The notes under the pieces: generated by a model | Told to the model about the DNA's origin: nothing | Databases searched by the model: none | Seen by the model: the letters and a program-made list of their open reading frames with translations, nothing else | Made by a program: the position numbers and the translations under genes | Source: Convolutriloba macropyga | Taxonomy: Eukaryota | Length of the DNA: 64,000 bases | Direction of reading: 5' to 3' | Assembly (NCBI RefSeq): GCF_964194025.1 | Contig: NC_134477.1 | Coordinates: forward strand, 30,814,001 to 30,878,000 | Shown here: in pieces, positions 63,801 through 64,000 of the stretch | Position numbering within the stretch: position 1 is the first letter of the stretch | Layout: each line of letters opens with the position of its first letter

Positions 63801-64000
63801 TCTGACATACGCTTGGTGTCATTGTCAAAATTTTCAAAATACTTTGATTTCAATAGCAACCTCTGCTGTTGTCTGTGGTATTCTAAAGCGTCAAACGTCT
63901 CGAAAATGCTTTGATAGGCATTTTTATCTGTCGTCGTTTTTTATTGTGTCAGGTAGCCTTCTAGCTTGGTGAGATATCTGGAGAAAAGTATGTGTAGGCC
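57875..64000 (-). mobile_element. Heavily decayed BEL/Pao LTR retrotransposon (element 3), 5' end beyond the window
   Basis: Minus-strand fragments: DSGS protease, SANIEAMFLQI, NFYMDNFL, HPADIGTR, DFGPF..CLFTCLTTSAV, RGEYKMGRV. Putative 3' LTR 57875-58301 (TGTTG...CAACA). Confidence 0.85.

Overview
AT-rich eukaryotic (probably invertebrate animal) genomic DNA, dominated by transposable elements. It holds two full-length but decayed BEL/Pao LTR retrotransposons with LTR pairs and 5-bp TSDs (6199-12852, minus; 30309-40769, plus) and a third, heavily decayed one running off the right end (~57875->64000, minus). Host genes are two paralogous secreted trypsin-fold (S1) genes on the plus strand. 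The first is spliced (15142-29689), has Asp in place of the catalytic Ser, and carries two candidate versions of exon 3. Only exon 1 of the second (55431-55686) is visible. Between them lie CCC...GGG MITEs, three of which carry a tRNA-like Pol III cassette, Helentron/HINE-like elements, a gapped (CA)n satellite, and an ~11-kb decayed ORF-rich tract with a dUTPase-like remnant. The most notable feature is the ~2.9-kb leader of the second BEL/Pao element. Between its PBS and gag it carries an intronless zona pellucida (ZP)-domain fragment, an SGNH-hydrolase-like accessory ORF and a spaced repeat array. All family calls are by-eye motif recognition; no database searches were run.
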